Assembly: GCA_012026655.1 (NCBI GenBank)
Contig: JAAILG010000304.1
Coordinates: 1-64,000, forward strand
Source of the DNA: Hydrolagus affinis
Taxonomy: Eukaryota
Length of the DNA: 64,000 nucleotides
Direction: 5' to 3'
Shown: positions 14,201-27,030 of the stretch, in pieces
Layout of the letters: each line of letters opens with the position of its first letter
Numbering within the stretch: the first letter of the stretch is position 1
Made by a program: the position numbers and the translations under genes
Notes under the pieces: model-generated
Told to the model about the DNA's origin: nothing
The model's database searches: none
Seen by the model: the letters and a program-made list of their open reading frames with translations, nothing else

Positions 14201-14549
14201 ACTGATCTTATCTGTGGTGTATTAAAAAAGTGTTTTGTCGGCCAGGTATTTCCTCATAGGGAGGAAGAATGTCCTCAGGCTACTGTCAGATACCTCTTAA
14301 CAGGCAGTTTCAGATTGGATTGCCAGTTTCTGAGAGCAATATGTGTAATGCGCACAACAAGACGTTAAGTGAGGAGAAACATCTTGAAGAAAACCTTACT
14401 AACCAGAACTGAAATTGTTACTTACAGCTTCCAGAATACGTATATTAATTGCTTTGACTACATATGCAAAATTTACCTTGCTTAGTTTAGTTTCTTCTAT
14501 ATTAATAATAATAATCCTTGCATTTGATATAGCTCCTTATAGCTCGCTC

Positions 14550-15215
14550 TGTCTTTCCCCTTCTCCGCAACATTTCCTGACTCCATCATTACCTCACCCC
14601 TTAAGCCGCTGAAACCCTCATCCACGCCTTCATTACATCCCGGTTCGATTATGCAAATGCCCTGCTGGTTGGCCTCCCCAATTCCTCCCTCCACAGGCTC
14701 AGTTAATCCAATATTCTGCAGCCCGTGTCCTCTACCGTTCCAAACTTCGTGACCCCATCTCCCCCATCCCTGCCCGACTCCATTGGCTCCCAATCATCCA
14801 GAGGATCCAATTCAAGATCCTGGTCCTCACATATAAAGCCCTCCACAACCTTGCCCCACCCTACATCCTTGATCTCCTATCCCCTTACCAACCTGCCTGC
14901 CCCCTCCGCTCAGCAGACTTTGGCCTGCTCCATGTCCCCGACTCACCCGCCCAACCATTAGCGGGCGAGCCTTCAGTCACTCTGCCCCCAACCTCTGGAA
15001 CTCCATCCCGAAGTCCCTCCGCCTTGCACCCTCCCTGGCCTCCTTCAAATCTCGCCTCAAGACTCTCCTCTTCGATGGTCCCATCGGCGGCTCCTTCCCC
15101 CCCCCCCCCCCCCCACTGTCCTTAGCTTGGGTCTGAGGCAGTAACCTGTCCAGTGCCTTGGGACGTCCTCCTGATGTGAAAGACGCTATACAAATGTAAT
15201 TTTGTGATTGTTGTT
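14550..15215 (+). mobile_element. 5'-truncated L2 LINE (ORF2 C-terminus + 3' UTR)
   Basis: Frameshifted translation gives HAFITSRFDYANALLVGLP / HWLPIIQRIQFKILVLTYKALHNLAPPYI. Poly-C tract, and the tail gggacgtcctcctgatgtgaaagacgctatacaaatg..ttgttgtt. Confidence 0.85.
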
Positions 15216-16429
15216 ACATTGCTGAGGCATCTCAGCTTCACAGAATATACTGTAAAGTAAATTGACTGTAAGTTTTGTAGGAGTTATTGAGAACAACTAT
15301 TCTGCAGATTCTTCACTTTTAAGGTTAATATTAATTTGGAATATTGTTGGAGTGGAAGGAAGTTACTTTTACAATCAGTTTTTCTTATTTGCTTATTTAA
15401 AAAATGTTACATACCATCCATGCCACATCCTTAAAAGTGATAGGACATCTGGTGTGCCATGCTAATAATACATTGGTAATAAGATTGTGTGGTGATGTGA
15501 CAGCACTATATATTGTTATACTGTAGTAATTTTTATTTTATTATAATAGTAAGTAATAATAATCGTTGCATTTGATATGGCTTCTTTCATTTTGGGAGCA
15601 TGTCTCGAAGCACTTGACAGTATTCCCTGTGAAGTGTAGCGACCATGTAATTTTGTCAACGAGTGCGGCATGCTCATTAAACAAATCACATTCTCAGTTC
15701 GTCCATTCTTGATTGGAATCTATATATTGGCTTGTGCTGTTTTTCATCCCTAACCGCAATGCTGGGCACTGTTCCAGTGTGATTTGAGCCATGATAGTAC
15801 AGTTTTGATCAGAAAATCTCTTAAGCCTTACTGAAGCCTCCATGTGATTTTTGAGAACACATACTGCTTCATTTGTATCCCAGAATTGTATTGCAAGTGT
15901 GTGTGTATGTGTGGGGGTGGGTGGGGGAAGGACCAGATAAAAAGGCAAATTAAATTTTCATGAAAGAAAAGCTTAATCAGCAGTGACAGGTTAGGAAAAG
16001 ATGATTGCCACTTGGTGATTGTGGAGAAGCACTTAGACTTGATGTCAGTGCTTCTACTAATGATGACTAATGTGTTTCTTGGATCTAGCACATGCTCAAA
16101 CATACTTGCTGCAGTAGAGGAGGAACAGACAATATGGTAGTGAAGCATGAGACAATGAAAGGTTATGTCTTGTGAAAGACTGGTACTCAGTTTCATATTG
16201 AATATTTTTAACCAGATTTGAATTGTGTTGGGTAATGCCTTTGTTATGTTCTATCATATCATTATGGCTTCTCATTTGGTAGATAAAGGGAATTTAAAAA
16301 ACTCCAACTTGCAGAGGGAGTGATATTTGGTGTTACAGTACAAAACATTAACAGTAGGCTTCACATGATATTACTGTAAAATGCATTGACTGTATGTGTT
16401 TTATGGCCAAGTGTGCCAGCCAAATTCAG

Positions 16430-16709
16430 TCTGTAATGACCCACACAAACAGTCATGAAGTGAATGACCATTTTTTATTTTGGCGGATTTTTGGCTAGAA
16501 AAAACTCCCTTCTCTTTTCAACATGGGATCTTTAACTTCAACCTGGTTGATGTCTAATCCAAAGAATGGCACCTCCAACAATGCAGCACACCCCCAGTAC
16601 TGCAAGTTAGTGTCATCTTAGAATGTGAGTTCCAAATTCTGACCTACGGCTCAAACCCATGACCTTTTAACTCCGAGGCGAGCATGCTATCATCTCAGCC
16701 AAGCTGACA
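16430..16709 (-). mobile_element. Old DeuSINE (SacSINE1/AmnSINE1-like) relic
   Basis: Minus strand reads tgtcagcttggctgag..(tRNA-like head)..gcagtactgggggtgtgctgcattgttggaggtgcc, resembling the Deu-domain core as I recall it. Confidence 0.6.
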
Positions 16710-16849
16710 TAATTTACTCTGTGACATAACAAACACTGTCATCTTCAGTGGATACTGTAGCTAACCATATTAATTATGAATGTAACTATAATTACTTTTC
16801 AATACTCATTGAAATCATTTATAAAATTCAGAATAATTATATTTTAACA

Positions 16850-17070
16850 AATTTGTAAAAGGTCGATAGGAATGTGGAACAAATTATCAGAACGGGTGGT
16901 GCCACAACAAAATACTATATATAAGGTTTGAGAAAATAATTTGACGAGCTTCTGCCAACTAGAATGATTATTAGATATAGAAATTAGATGCACATTGATA
17001 GAATCTAATGGACAATTGGATGGATAGCCTAGATGAAATGATTCTTCCCTGAAACTGGTACTAATGTAAA
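16850..17070 (+). mobile_element. Degenerate CR1 LINE 3' fragment
   Basis: IGMWNKLSERVV...FDELL-like remnant typical of the CR1 ORF2 C-terminus. Confidence 0.5.
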
Positions 17071-20062
17071 AATAAAATTGCTAAAGAAAATAACCATTGT
17101 GTTACTGTACTCAATTTGACTTTCTCAAAGAGCAGGACAATACATTGGCACCTCTGTAGACTTGCACATCAGTGTTTGTGCTCTGTGATTACTGTATGAG
17201 TGGGATGTAGGTGAATATTGTCTCTTCTTTGATTCCCTTCTCTCTTTCTCTTCCTCTCCTCAGATGATCTGGCTGTTATTTGGCAAACCCTCCCTCTGGT
17301 GGAAAACCAAATGCATATGTCAGTCAAGAATGATTTGAATTTCTATCTTTTACTTGAGATACTTAAGCACTGTAGTTTCGTGCCCCCACATGCAGTTATA
17401 TTTCTATCTCCACAAAACACTACACCTGTCTGCAGTGCATTTTCCAAAATAATTACTGACTTCATTTTAGTAATTTTGCGAATCAGGGGGTTGCTTTATT
17501 CATCAATTATTCTGATTTTTAAAACCCACAGTGTAAGCCTTTTTTTTAAAAGTATCAAACAATTGCTATATCATTTGCAAATGAACAGTCTTGGAACATA
17601 ATATAAGAGTGCTTCAGGCTAATATTTATGTCATTCTCAATAAAGAAAAGTTGCAGCTGGATTTGTAAGGTTAGCTTTTGGGTAAAAAAGTTTTGTCCTC
17701 CTGCTCAGGCCTTAATTATATAGAGGTCCGATTTTTTTATTGATAGACTCGGCACTGCTCCTGCCATGGAACATCATTGTCTCATTTAATTTCAAATTTC
17801 TTGAGTTTGCTAAACTGATCTTTTCCAGCTGCAGTATAAAACACATCTGTTCCAGAACTCGCAGGAATAAGGAGATTGCCTGAAGGACAATCTACTGCAG
17901 TGAATTGAAAGAAAAGTGCCAAGACAATCTGTCTAAACCGGTTGTTATACAAAAAACTGAAAATTCAGGATGTAGGTTTAATAAACCTGTAATAGTTGCA
18001 TCAATTTCTCCATATCTGAAAAACTATTGGTTTGTGAATGTAACTATAATTACTTTTCAATACTCATTGATATCGGGAAAAGATGCTCGTCTTGAAACTT
18101 TTTTTTGTAATTTCATTTTTCGCTCTCCTTCCTATCAGATTATTTTTCCTTCCCTTTCATGAACTATGAAACACCGTACTCTGACGAATTGGGTGGGGAG
18201 GCAGCATGTTAATGTCTGCTGAGACTTCCATCAGTAGCTTTGGTTGATTGGTTCCTCTAGTATTCTCTGTTGAAAAAACATTATTCCTGTTCTATGCTCC
18301 TATAGAAATGGTGTGAATTACTAGAAATTCTCAAGATCATTTGCTTCTTGAGAAAGGTTAGCACAGGAATATGTTCAATGTCCCTACCTGCCTTGAACTA
18401 GGCACCAAAGAATTAACATTGACTTTCAATTTTTTTCTGTATGATGATATACAAATATTGTAGGGCCATATAAATTTCCTATCTGTAGAATCATTTGTGA
18501 ATTAATGTAAATTTGACTGTTTATAGTTCCTGCAGAATAGATATGCTTCTGAAGAAAACTTGGAAAACCAGGTGAATCGTCTAATGGTAATAGTTCTGGG
18601 TATTTGCACTGTAGAATTTAAAAACAACTCACAAATTCTTTCAGAAACATAAGGCCCATTTGTATAGCAACAGATTCCCTTCATTGTTTCTTGACACAAC
18701 AAGAAGTGCCTAAACTAAAAGAGAAAGTTTTGTTCGTTGCCTATCATGTTCAAGTGCTAATACCTGTATATTGAATACTTTCTTTGAAGTATGTGAGTCT
18801 TAAGCTTTGACAGCTCAGCGCTCATAACGTAGGGTTTTAAGCATTCCAAGGCACTACCATGAGTGAAGGGGGCTAGATAAACTAAATGTTGTTGTTGTTA
18901 TTGGTGTTGTTGTTCATAATTAAAATTTCATCTTGATGTTTAATCATTTTTGCAACTGATGACCTTCTCAGAGAAAAGTTAGCCAAGCAGTAGATATAGG
19001 CTATGTATTGGGTTATTCTGCTAAGCAGATTATCATATGGAGGCATCACTTAGTAATGTGGCACCTTTGCTTCTACTTGGTTCCATTAAATGTTCAATAA
19101 GACTACTGCACTCTCAAAATAAGATTTCCGTTTTTGGTGAATGTTTGTTCTACACAACATGCGCAAAGGTGTTGAGATTTGCAAAGTCACAAACAAAAAC
19201 AATAATATCAATGTAGTAAGGGGATGATTTTAAACGGCTACTTTCTAGTATACATTAAAAAACAAACAAATCAGGAAGTCAATGTGGCCTCCCCAAATCA
19301 TCGGTTTGACTTTACACTTGTCTGGAAGAATCATTTGGCACTGTTCGCTATTTTTGATTGAACAAAAAATCTATGTCGAAAGAGAATGCGATATTTCAGA
19401 TGCTAACCAGCTCACATTACAGCAAATGTTTCTATGCTAATCACTGGGTAATGATTAGCTCTCTGGAAGTTAGCTATCATATGTAGAGCGCAGTAATGAA
19501 TTCCTTTAAGATGGAATCTTTTTCTTGATATTTGTACAACACTTGCCATTTAAACCTATATATATATATATGTATGATTCAAAAAGCTTTGAACATTTTT
19601 GTGCCGCTAACTAACAATATTTGTAGTTGTTTAGTTTAAAAGAGGGTCACTTATGGTGCGCCACTCACTCTTTAAACCATCAGAGAAAATATTGGAGGGT
19701 CGTTTAATGTTCAGTTTTGTTTAACTGAATAATGTTGCTGGCGAATGCATTAGTTTGTCACTACAGCCAGTAAGTCCACATTCGGTGATGGGTCAATGCT
19801 ACACTTCCCTGATGTGGTGTGCCTTGACCCGTCCCCATGTGTACACTTACCAACAAGCATTGGAATCACATTGAATCGTGAGGAATTATATTCTTATGCG
19901 CATGCGTCAAAGGGTCAAGACCTGTGATTCAACGCAGCCGGCGCGTGTGTCAATGGGTCAGAAAGTAATTTAATAATAATAATAATCCTTGCCTTTGATG
20001 TGTATATAATATATATATAGATATGATTTCCACAATTCAATGCAGCCGGTATTTGGGGGTGT

Positions 20063-20368
20063 AATAATAATAATCATAAGCCTTGCATTTTATTAAAGCG
20101 TTTTTCACTTCTTCTAGATGTTCTCAAAGTGTTTCACTGAATGTACTGTAAAGTGAACTGATTGTATGTATTTGTTGGCGAAATGTGGCAGCCAGTTGCT
20201 GCCACATTTCAACGTAGATTGAAGTGACCAATTTCTAGAGAGAGAGACAGAGATTATTATCAGGCCTGTGGAGTAAGGAAACTTGCCCAAGGTTTTGCCC
20301 TGCTGGGAATCAAATTTAGGCCTCTTGCTTGTGAGGCGAGTGCTCTTATCATTAAACTACAGGACTCC
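20063..20368 (-). mobile_element. tRNA-derived SINE with L2-type tail
   Basis: Reverse complement starts ggagtcctgtag..., contains ttgggcaagtttccttactcc and ends ..aatgcaagg(tta)n. Confidence 0.8.
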
Positions 20369-22559
20369 ACAAGGTAATGGAGGGTAGGGGAGCGGTATTA
20401 TAAGATAGGATGTGAAAAATACAAGTAGTGCAAAGAAATCTAAGTGGTTTTGATAGGAAACTGAATGGGACTTGGATGAATGTACAACTTAGATGATGAT
20501 ATGATTTATAAGGATAAATTTTACTCTACAGAACAATACAAATTTGGGGGGATTATGTTGAGTGTAGAGCATATCTGTTATAGTTTCTGAATGCAAAAAT
20601 ATATAAGTAATAGCTTTTCTTTAAACACAAGTGCATTGAATCTGGGTGGGCTGCGCTTTTGTGTTGTATAGTCATGTCCATCTGTCCAGTTCTGGTATAA
20701 GTAAATTTGAGGTGGTACTAATGGTTCAGCTGTCCTGTTTTTTTTGAAGCTCAAGTTATACTTAACCTTTTTTTCTGCCACAACCCATTGTATATAACTG
20801 GATTCCACTGTGTATAGAGAGAATAATGGATAACATGGAAGGATTACATGACTGTAATCTAATCTCTGGGTTCACTTTAGTGATTTATGAAAGTAATCTA
20901 AACCCTAGATTACTGTCTTGAAATCACTGCCTTCTATCAATTGTTATTTAGATTAAATGCTGGACATTCTTGTTTATGCCAGTAAGTTAGTAAGTGTTAC
21001 CTTTTTTTTGGCTGTGGTGTAAGTCTGGAAACTCAGCGAAGTAGAGAGTTTGGGCATGTTTCTTGTCGAAAATTGACAATTATTTCCTCTTAGCATGTTA
21101 CGAATCTCCTGCTGAATGACAATATTTTACAACTGATCATAAAGAATACTAGCAGAAGCTGAAGCCATTGGAAGCATTGTTGAAGCTTGTCTAACTCACT
21201 GTTTAAATAAGTTATTTTATCAAACTATCGTGTGAGCCAAAAAATGATATCTGATACTAGTTCAGGTTGATATTCAGGGAAGGGATCCAATTTACACCAG
21301 AATAATCAACAAATTATTCTAGAGAAATTGGATACACAATATATAAATCTATATAAAACATATCATTTGAATTTATTGGCCTTCTACTATAACACTATCT
21401 CTGTGACAAGGCGAGTTTTCGGCTTATTCTTTCCACAATTACAGAATACATGGAATACTTTCGATCAAACAATTGAAAAATGTGTATATATTAAGCCAGT
21501 GGTGGCCCATTTTTATGGTCAGCCAACAAAATAAATTTTCTTGATTGAATATTTCAAATTAATGAAATATAAATGCAATCAAGAATAAAACTGAAAATAC
21601 ATTGCTGATGAAACATGGAGATAACAGGACTTGTGCAAATGTTTTTTTTTGGGGGGTGGGGGGTGTGTTCTTGTTGGCACTGCAGATCATTTTCAACCTG
21701 AGGATGGGCATCGCTGCGTTAAGCTACATAGCAAACTATTTCTTTTGGGGTTACAGAAATAGCAAAAGTATGGTTCAACCAGCTGAGATTCCTGATCAGT
21801 TTTAGTCTTTACAATGACTGAGGTGAATGTGCCAATGGTATACTTTGTTGTCTCTGGATTACCTGATGGGCTAAGGAATGGCAGTGATTTCAATGCAGAA
21901 AAATGCCATCTCATACACATTCAATCAGATAAAAAGAAGTATCTTCTCAGGCCAATTGGGTATTCGTCCCTAAAAGTGATTTTTCAATATTATTCAGTCA
22001 AATTGACACTGTTATTAACAATGCTAATCATGATGCATTTCCCAATAAATTGACTGTCTCCAGTCAAAATACGTTATAATTTTATATCCCTGATGAAGTC
22101 ACATTTGGATTATTGCAGGCTAAATTGCAAGATTTACAGTATAATCGGTGAAGCACTTTTGAGATATCTTGAAGATGTAATGAGCACTATGTCAAATGCA
22201 AGGATTATTATTTGCAAAGGGATTTGAAAACAATATATCTGTCTAGAACTCTATCCCAAAACTAATTTTAGCTCCAACTTCTAGTTTGTTTCCTCAACGC
22301 CCGGCAGGAGATAAGGGACAGTCAGAGTTCCAGATCATTAAATCTACGACTAGAACACATTTTGTAGAAATTGGAACATCTGATCTTTAAAAAGATATGA
22401 AGAGAAGAGAATTTGGGGAAGAGGTTCTAGATTGAGGGAATTAAGGCTCTAGATTTTAAAGCTCTGAATCATGAAGTGAAACTCAAGTTTGCTTCAATGG
22501 GAAAAAATAGATTGAACAAGGACATCATATCATGTACTGTATTTAAAATGTGAGAGGAT

Positions 22560-23130
22560 TGACAACATGGATTTACTTGGACTGCATCTTCAGAACTAAG
22601 GTATGTGTCTATAAACTAACAAAGCTTAAGCAAATACTTGAGATTAGAAGTTTTATTTCCCTATAGAATGGTGGATGGGTAAAATAGACTGATAAAATGT
22701 TCATGTGTCAGTTAAAACATTGGCAAAGTATCTGGTCGAGTACAGTATCTAGTTCAGAATCGGATTAAGAGGATTATAAAAAGATTAATGTAGCTTTGCG
22801 AAACCTGAGACGTGCAATATGTCGAATAAGACAACTGGTCCAGAATATAGGATGTAAAGGTTAAATAGATATTCTGAAGATTCACTTAACTTGCCTTTTG
22901 AGGACAAGGTGAAAATTCTTCTTAGGAGAAGAAATGGATCAGATAGAATCTATGATAAAGAAAATTGTGCATGGCTGCATGAAAAGAGCTTGATTGTAAA
23001 TGGATTTTTTGTTTGGTATTTGTTGATGTTATTGTTATACAATTACAAATTTCTTTTAATATACCCACATTATAATATTGGTATTCATTGCACAACCCAG
23101 TCATTCCAAATGTACATTTTTTAAATTTCC
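22560..23130 (+). mobile_element. Highly degenerate CR1-like LINE remnants
   Basis: LEIRSFISYRMVDG-like remnant and AT-rich decayed coding-like sequence. Confidence 0.35.
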
Positions 23131-24154
23131 TTATAATTTCATAAAAGATTTGTGAATTGTGGGCAATTAAATATCGAATCATTAGTAGTGATTATAGCAG
23201 AACTAACTAAATACCAGTGCCCATAATGAATCTCTGCTGCACCAAAATACGTCAACTGTGGAGGTTAAATAACAGGTTAGCAATTTTCCTAATATTAGGC
23301 CTTTGTGATCAATAAAATGTTACTATAATTCATTTTGAATAATTCGGGCAAGATCTAATCTAGATCAATATTAAAATTTAAAACTAAGAAATTTGGCAGA
23401 TAAAAATGAGATTATTTCACTGGTGAAATCAGACTATTGCATTTAAAATAACCCAAATTGATACTGCAGCTTTCTTGTTAAATTCACCATATAGATATGT
23501 GCTTTGTCTCTTAAGCCGTCTGTTATGTGAATGATAATAGATTTAAATTTAGATTTCCTGCTGTTATTTATATTGGAATTCACAGATTTACTTGCAGGTT
23601 TACTGACTTAGAATAATAGCATATAATTATATAACCTATAATTTGAGGAGAGGTGGGAACTGGTATAATCAGTATGTGAACATTTTAGTAATTGCATTAC
23701 ATGTGCTGTGATACAATTGGAAGGAAGCTGTGAGCGAAAAGTACTGCGGCCTTATAAAATGAAGTGTATAACTGGAACACTCATTCTTCAATGCTGTAGT
23801 TTTAGCAACTGAAGAGATGATCAGTCAGACAAAACACAGCAGTTGTTCCAGGATAGCTTGGACTAATTACAGCGAATAAACCAGCTTGCCTGTATGAAGT
23901 GACACACCCACAGAGAGTGTGGCTACTGAACAGTGACTTTTAAAGGGCTCTGAAGCATTTTAAATGTTTTTTTTACAAGGATAGTAATCTGTCCATCCAA
24001 CCATTACTATACTGCTATTAAAAGTGCATGTTTCCTCTCTGTCTACACTTTCTCATTTTACACGGATAATCTTTTATTATGTAAATGCAAATGTACCTTT
24101 TTTGAGGGAAACAAATGTGTCTAACACTAATTACTGTCTCATCAGCTAAGATGA

Positions 24155-24230
24155 CAACAACAACAACAACAATAAAATTACATTTATAGAGAGCTTTTCA
24201 CGTCGGGAAGACGTCCCAAGGCACTGAAGT
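24155..24230 (-). mobile_element. L2 3' tail with (CAA)n; similar tails at ~25905-25970, 42640-42710, 54738-54812, 59128-59190
   Basis: (caa)n aaattacatttatagagagcttttcacgtcgggaagacgtcccaaggcactga, recurring across the window. Confidence 0.7.
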
Positions 24231-24518
24231 CAATTCTTTACAACAAGAATTGTTGTAAAAACCTAAATGAAACAATAGCAATGTTTACTTCAGCCATAAA
24301 TTTCTGATCAGATTTCCTAGGATCAAGAGTGCGTTGTTTGTCAACTATTTTTTTAAGCTCTCTGTCTGAGATGTTTTGCAGCTTTACTATTGCACCGATT
24401 TCCTTCTCTTCCCTGCACAATTATATTCTACAAACTTCTTGAGATAACTTTTTTCAATAATTTATAATTGATGGTTTGACAGTTTCTATAAGATAAATCT
24501 GGAAAGGACTCCTTTCTT

Positions 24519-24750
24519 GGGAGTTCTATAGCTTAGTTGTTTGGGCCCTCACCTTGTAAGGGAGAGGACCTGGGTTTGATTCCTGGGTAGGGTGAAATGT
24601 TGGGCAAGTTTTTGTACTCCACACACATCTGTTTACCTAGCAATAAGTAGGAACCTAGTTGTTAATTGATTACTTTACTGGGGGTAATAAACCCTTAGAA
24701 AATGATCACTAAATGCATGACTGTTTGTGGGACGCTGCTGTGCGCAATTA
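24519..24750 (+). mobile_element. tRNA-derived SINE, long-body variant, 3' truncated
   Basis: Same head as other copies plus the extra central ctgtttacctagcaataagtaggaacctag...gggggtaataaaccctt segment. Confidence 0.75.
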
Positions 24751-25029
24751 CTGTACCACATTGTCAATATCAAGCTAACAGAGTTACGTATAGCATGAGT
24801 TAGGTAGAGGATGAAACTTCCCCAACAATTTATAATCTACATTGCACAGTGTAATATTTGCAGATTTCCTTACAGCCTTCCTCATTTAAAAATGTCCAAA
24901 TAGAATTATTTCATCCACTGCAGTAAATATCACTCGGGAATAGTGCTTTTTTGTGTTTTTACATACATTAGCATAGGACAACTTAGTCAGCACTCACCCA
25001 GGAAACACGTCCAAATTAGAGGCATCTTT

Positions 25030-25340
25030 TGCAAACTCTTCCATATAAGACATGACTTTGTTCCAAGTCTTTGATGATGGCCTCTCTCATGGAATAACAT
25101 TATCCTGACTTGGTCTTCAGCATGGCCCATGGGTGCTTTATATTTTAGTGATCGCCTTAAGATATACCCCAGTGAGTGTTATCACTGATTGATATTTTGC
25201 ACCGAAGTGAACAGAATGTTTTAGCATTCTTGCTCGACCCAGAACTCCCATCTGGTGTTCCAGTGGATAAAAAACTGAGGATTCAGCTAAAGGGAGGCTG
25301 TTGAGCGAGCTATCTGGAGTAGGTCATTTGATGAAGTAAG
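25030..25340 (-). mobile_element. Possible RTE-like LINE remnant
   Basis: Only weak GH.../VLYG-like remnants on the minus strand. Confidence 0.25.
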
Positions 25341-26735
25341 AAACTGTAAAAGGACAGACCTGGGTGAGACTGACTTTTCAGATGGATGCAGGGAATTTCC
25401 CGACTATATATGGAGATTCATCGAATTTATCATTTACTACAACAACCTTCATTCTGACTGAGGTTGTCTGATTAGTTTGTTTGAATGTTCACATACGTAG
25501 GTTTTACTTTGTTACCATTTACATAGTAAAATCAACGGCAGGAGTTTTTATCTGATGAGAATGTGTTGAATAAAAATCCAGATGTATATCCAGGAGGTTG
25601 AGGGCTCTTGGCAGCTGTAAAACATCCTACAGAAGCTGGTGGTATGCAAGTTCTGGTGACGATTCTCACAATGTGAGAAATGTTCAAAAGTGTTTGCTGT
25701 AACGAGATGTTACCATGTGAGTGGATCACTATAAACAAAAGGCAGGAATGCAATGCGGATCATCAGCAGATAGTGTATTCCAGTTTTTCTTGTGTTTTAC
25801 ATTCAGAGTGAAACAATATGAAGTTACGAATGTAATGTTCTTAGGGTTTGTAAAATTAAGATTTAGTACTGTTGAAGTTATATCTAATGTGCACTCAGAA
25901 ATAACAACAACAACAACTTTACATTTATAGAGTGCCTTTTACGTTTCGGGAAATGTCTCATTGTGCTTATGAGCGGGCTGAGAAGCTGAGAGCTGGTAGA
26001 GGGGGAGAAAGGTGATAAAATGTTCTGTTAAAGAAAGATTTTAAGGCAGGTCAGGCTAATCATCAACATTCTTGTGCTTATAGTGGGCATACAACAAATT
26101 ACCCAGCAATACATATCTCTAAAAGCCACAGTAAATCAAGTGATTTCCTCTCCAGAAGATCCCACTATATCGACATTACATGATTTTTCTTATCTCTAGG
26201 AAATATCTTGTAAATGGACAAAATGCAATGTTATGGGTGTGAAGTGTACGACAAATTGATTTAAGATAATAACATTACAGAAGTTATGGAATCACTCCAT
26301 TCATGACATCTCTTCGTAAAGACACAATTATTTGTATTGTTTAGCACTATCCCTGTTGTGGATAAGCAGACCATGTGGGTATTTGGTCATCACCCACCAA
26401 TGTACAAAATGGTTACAGAGCCAACTACAAAATTGTGCTTTTAAGAGTTATATTGGGGCTAAATGCCACAGTACTTTTTTTTCTCTTGCTGATTTCTTTT
26501 TTTCTTTCGTTTTCTCTTCCTCTCTTCTCTTTTTCTTTCTCTTCCTCTCTTTGGATATTTGGGTATATGTAAGTTAATAAAAAAAAATTCCCCCATCTCC
26601 TCCACAATCTGCAAATGCAATTTCACCTCACCCGCACGCGCCTCCATGGGGAAGTACTGAATAGATTTCAGGCTGTTCCTGTAAATGTAAAAGGTGACTG
26701 GGAGGTTGGTCAGTGGTCAACTCAACCACAGCAAC

Positions 26736-27030
26736 TTCTGTAGCTCAGTGGTTAGAGTACAAGCGAGAGACCTGGATTCGATTCCCAGTAGGTCGAAACC
26801 TTGGACAAGTTGCCTTACTCCACACGCCTGATAATATTCTCCCAAAACAACAATAATGCAATGGTCATTTCATTCCACGACTGTTTGTCGGACACTGCTG
26901 TGTGCAATTGGCTGCCACGTTTTGCCCACATATATACAGTCAGTTCACTTTACAGTATATTCTGTGAAGTGCTTTGAGACGTCTAGAAGACGTGAAACAC
27001 GCTATTATCAAATGCAAGGATTATTTTTAT
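26736..27030 (+). mobile_element. Near full-length tRNA-derived SINE
   Basis: A box tagctcagtgg, B box gattcgattcc, body ttgtcggacactgctgtgtgcaattggctgcc, tail ..tcaaatgcaaggattatt. Confidence 0.88.

Noticed and set aside
26736-26800. tRNA genes (also 59486, 63777, 28090, 20368)
   Set aside because: A/B boxes run directly into the shared SINE body and tail; no intact cloverleaf.
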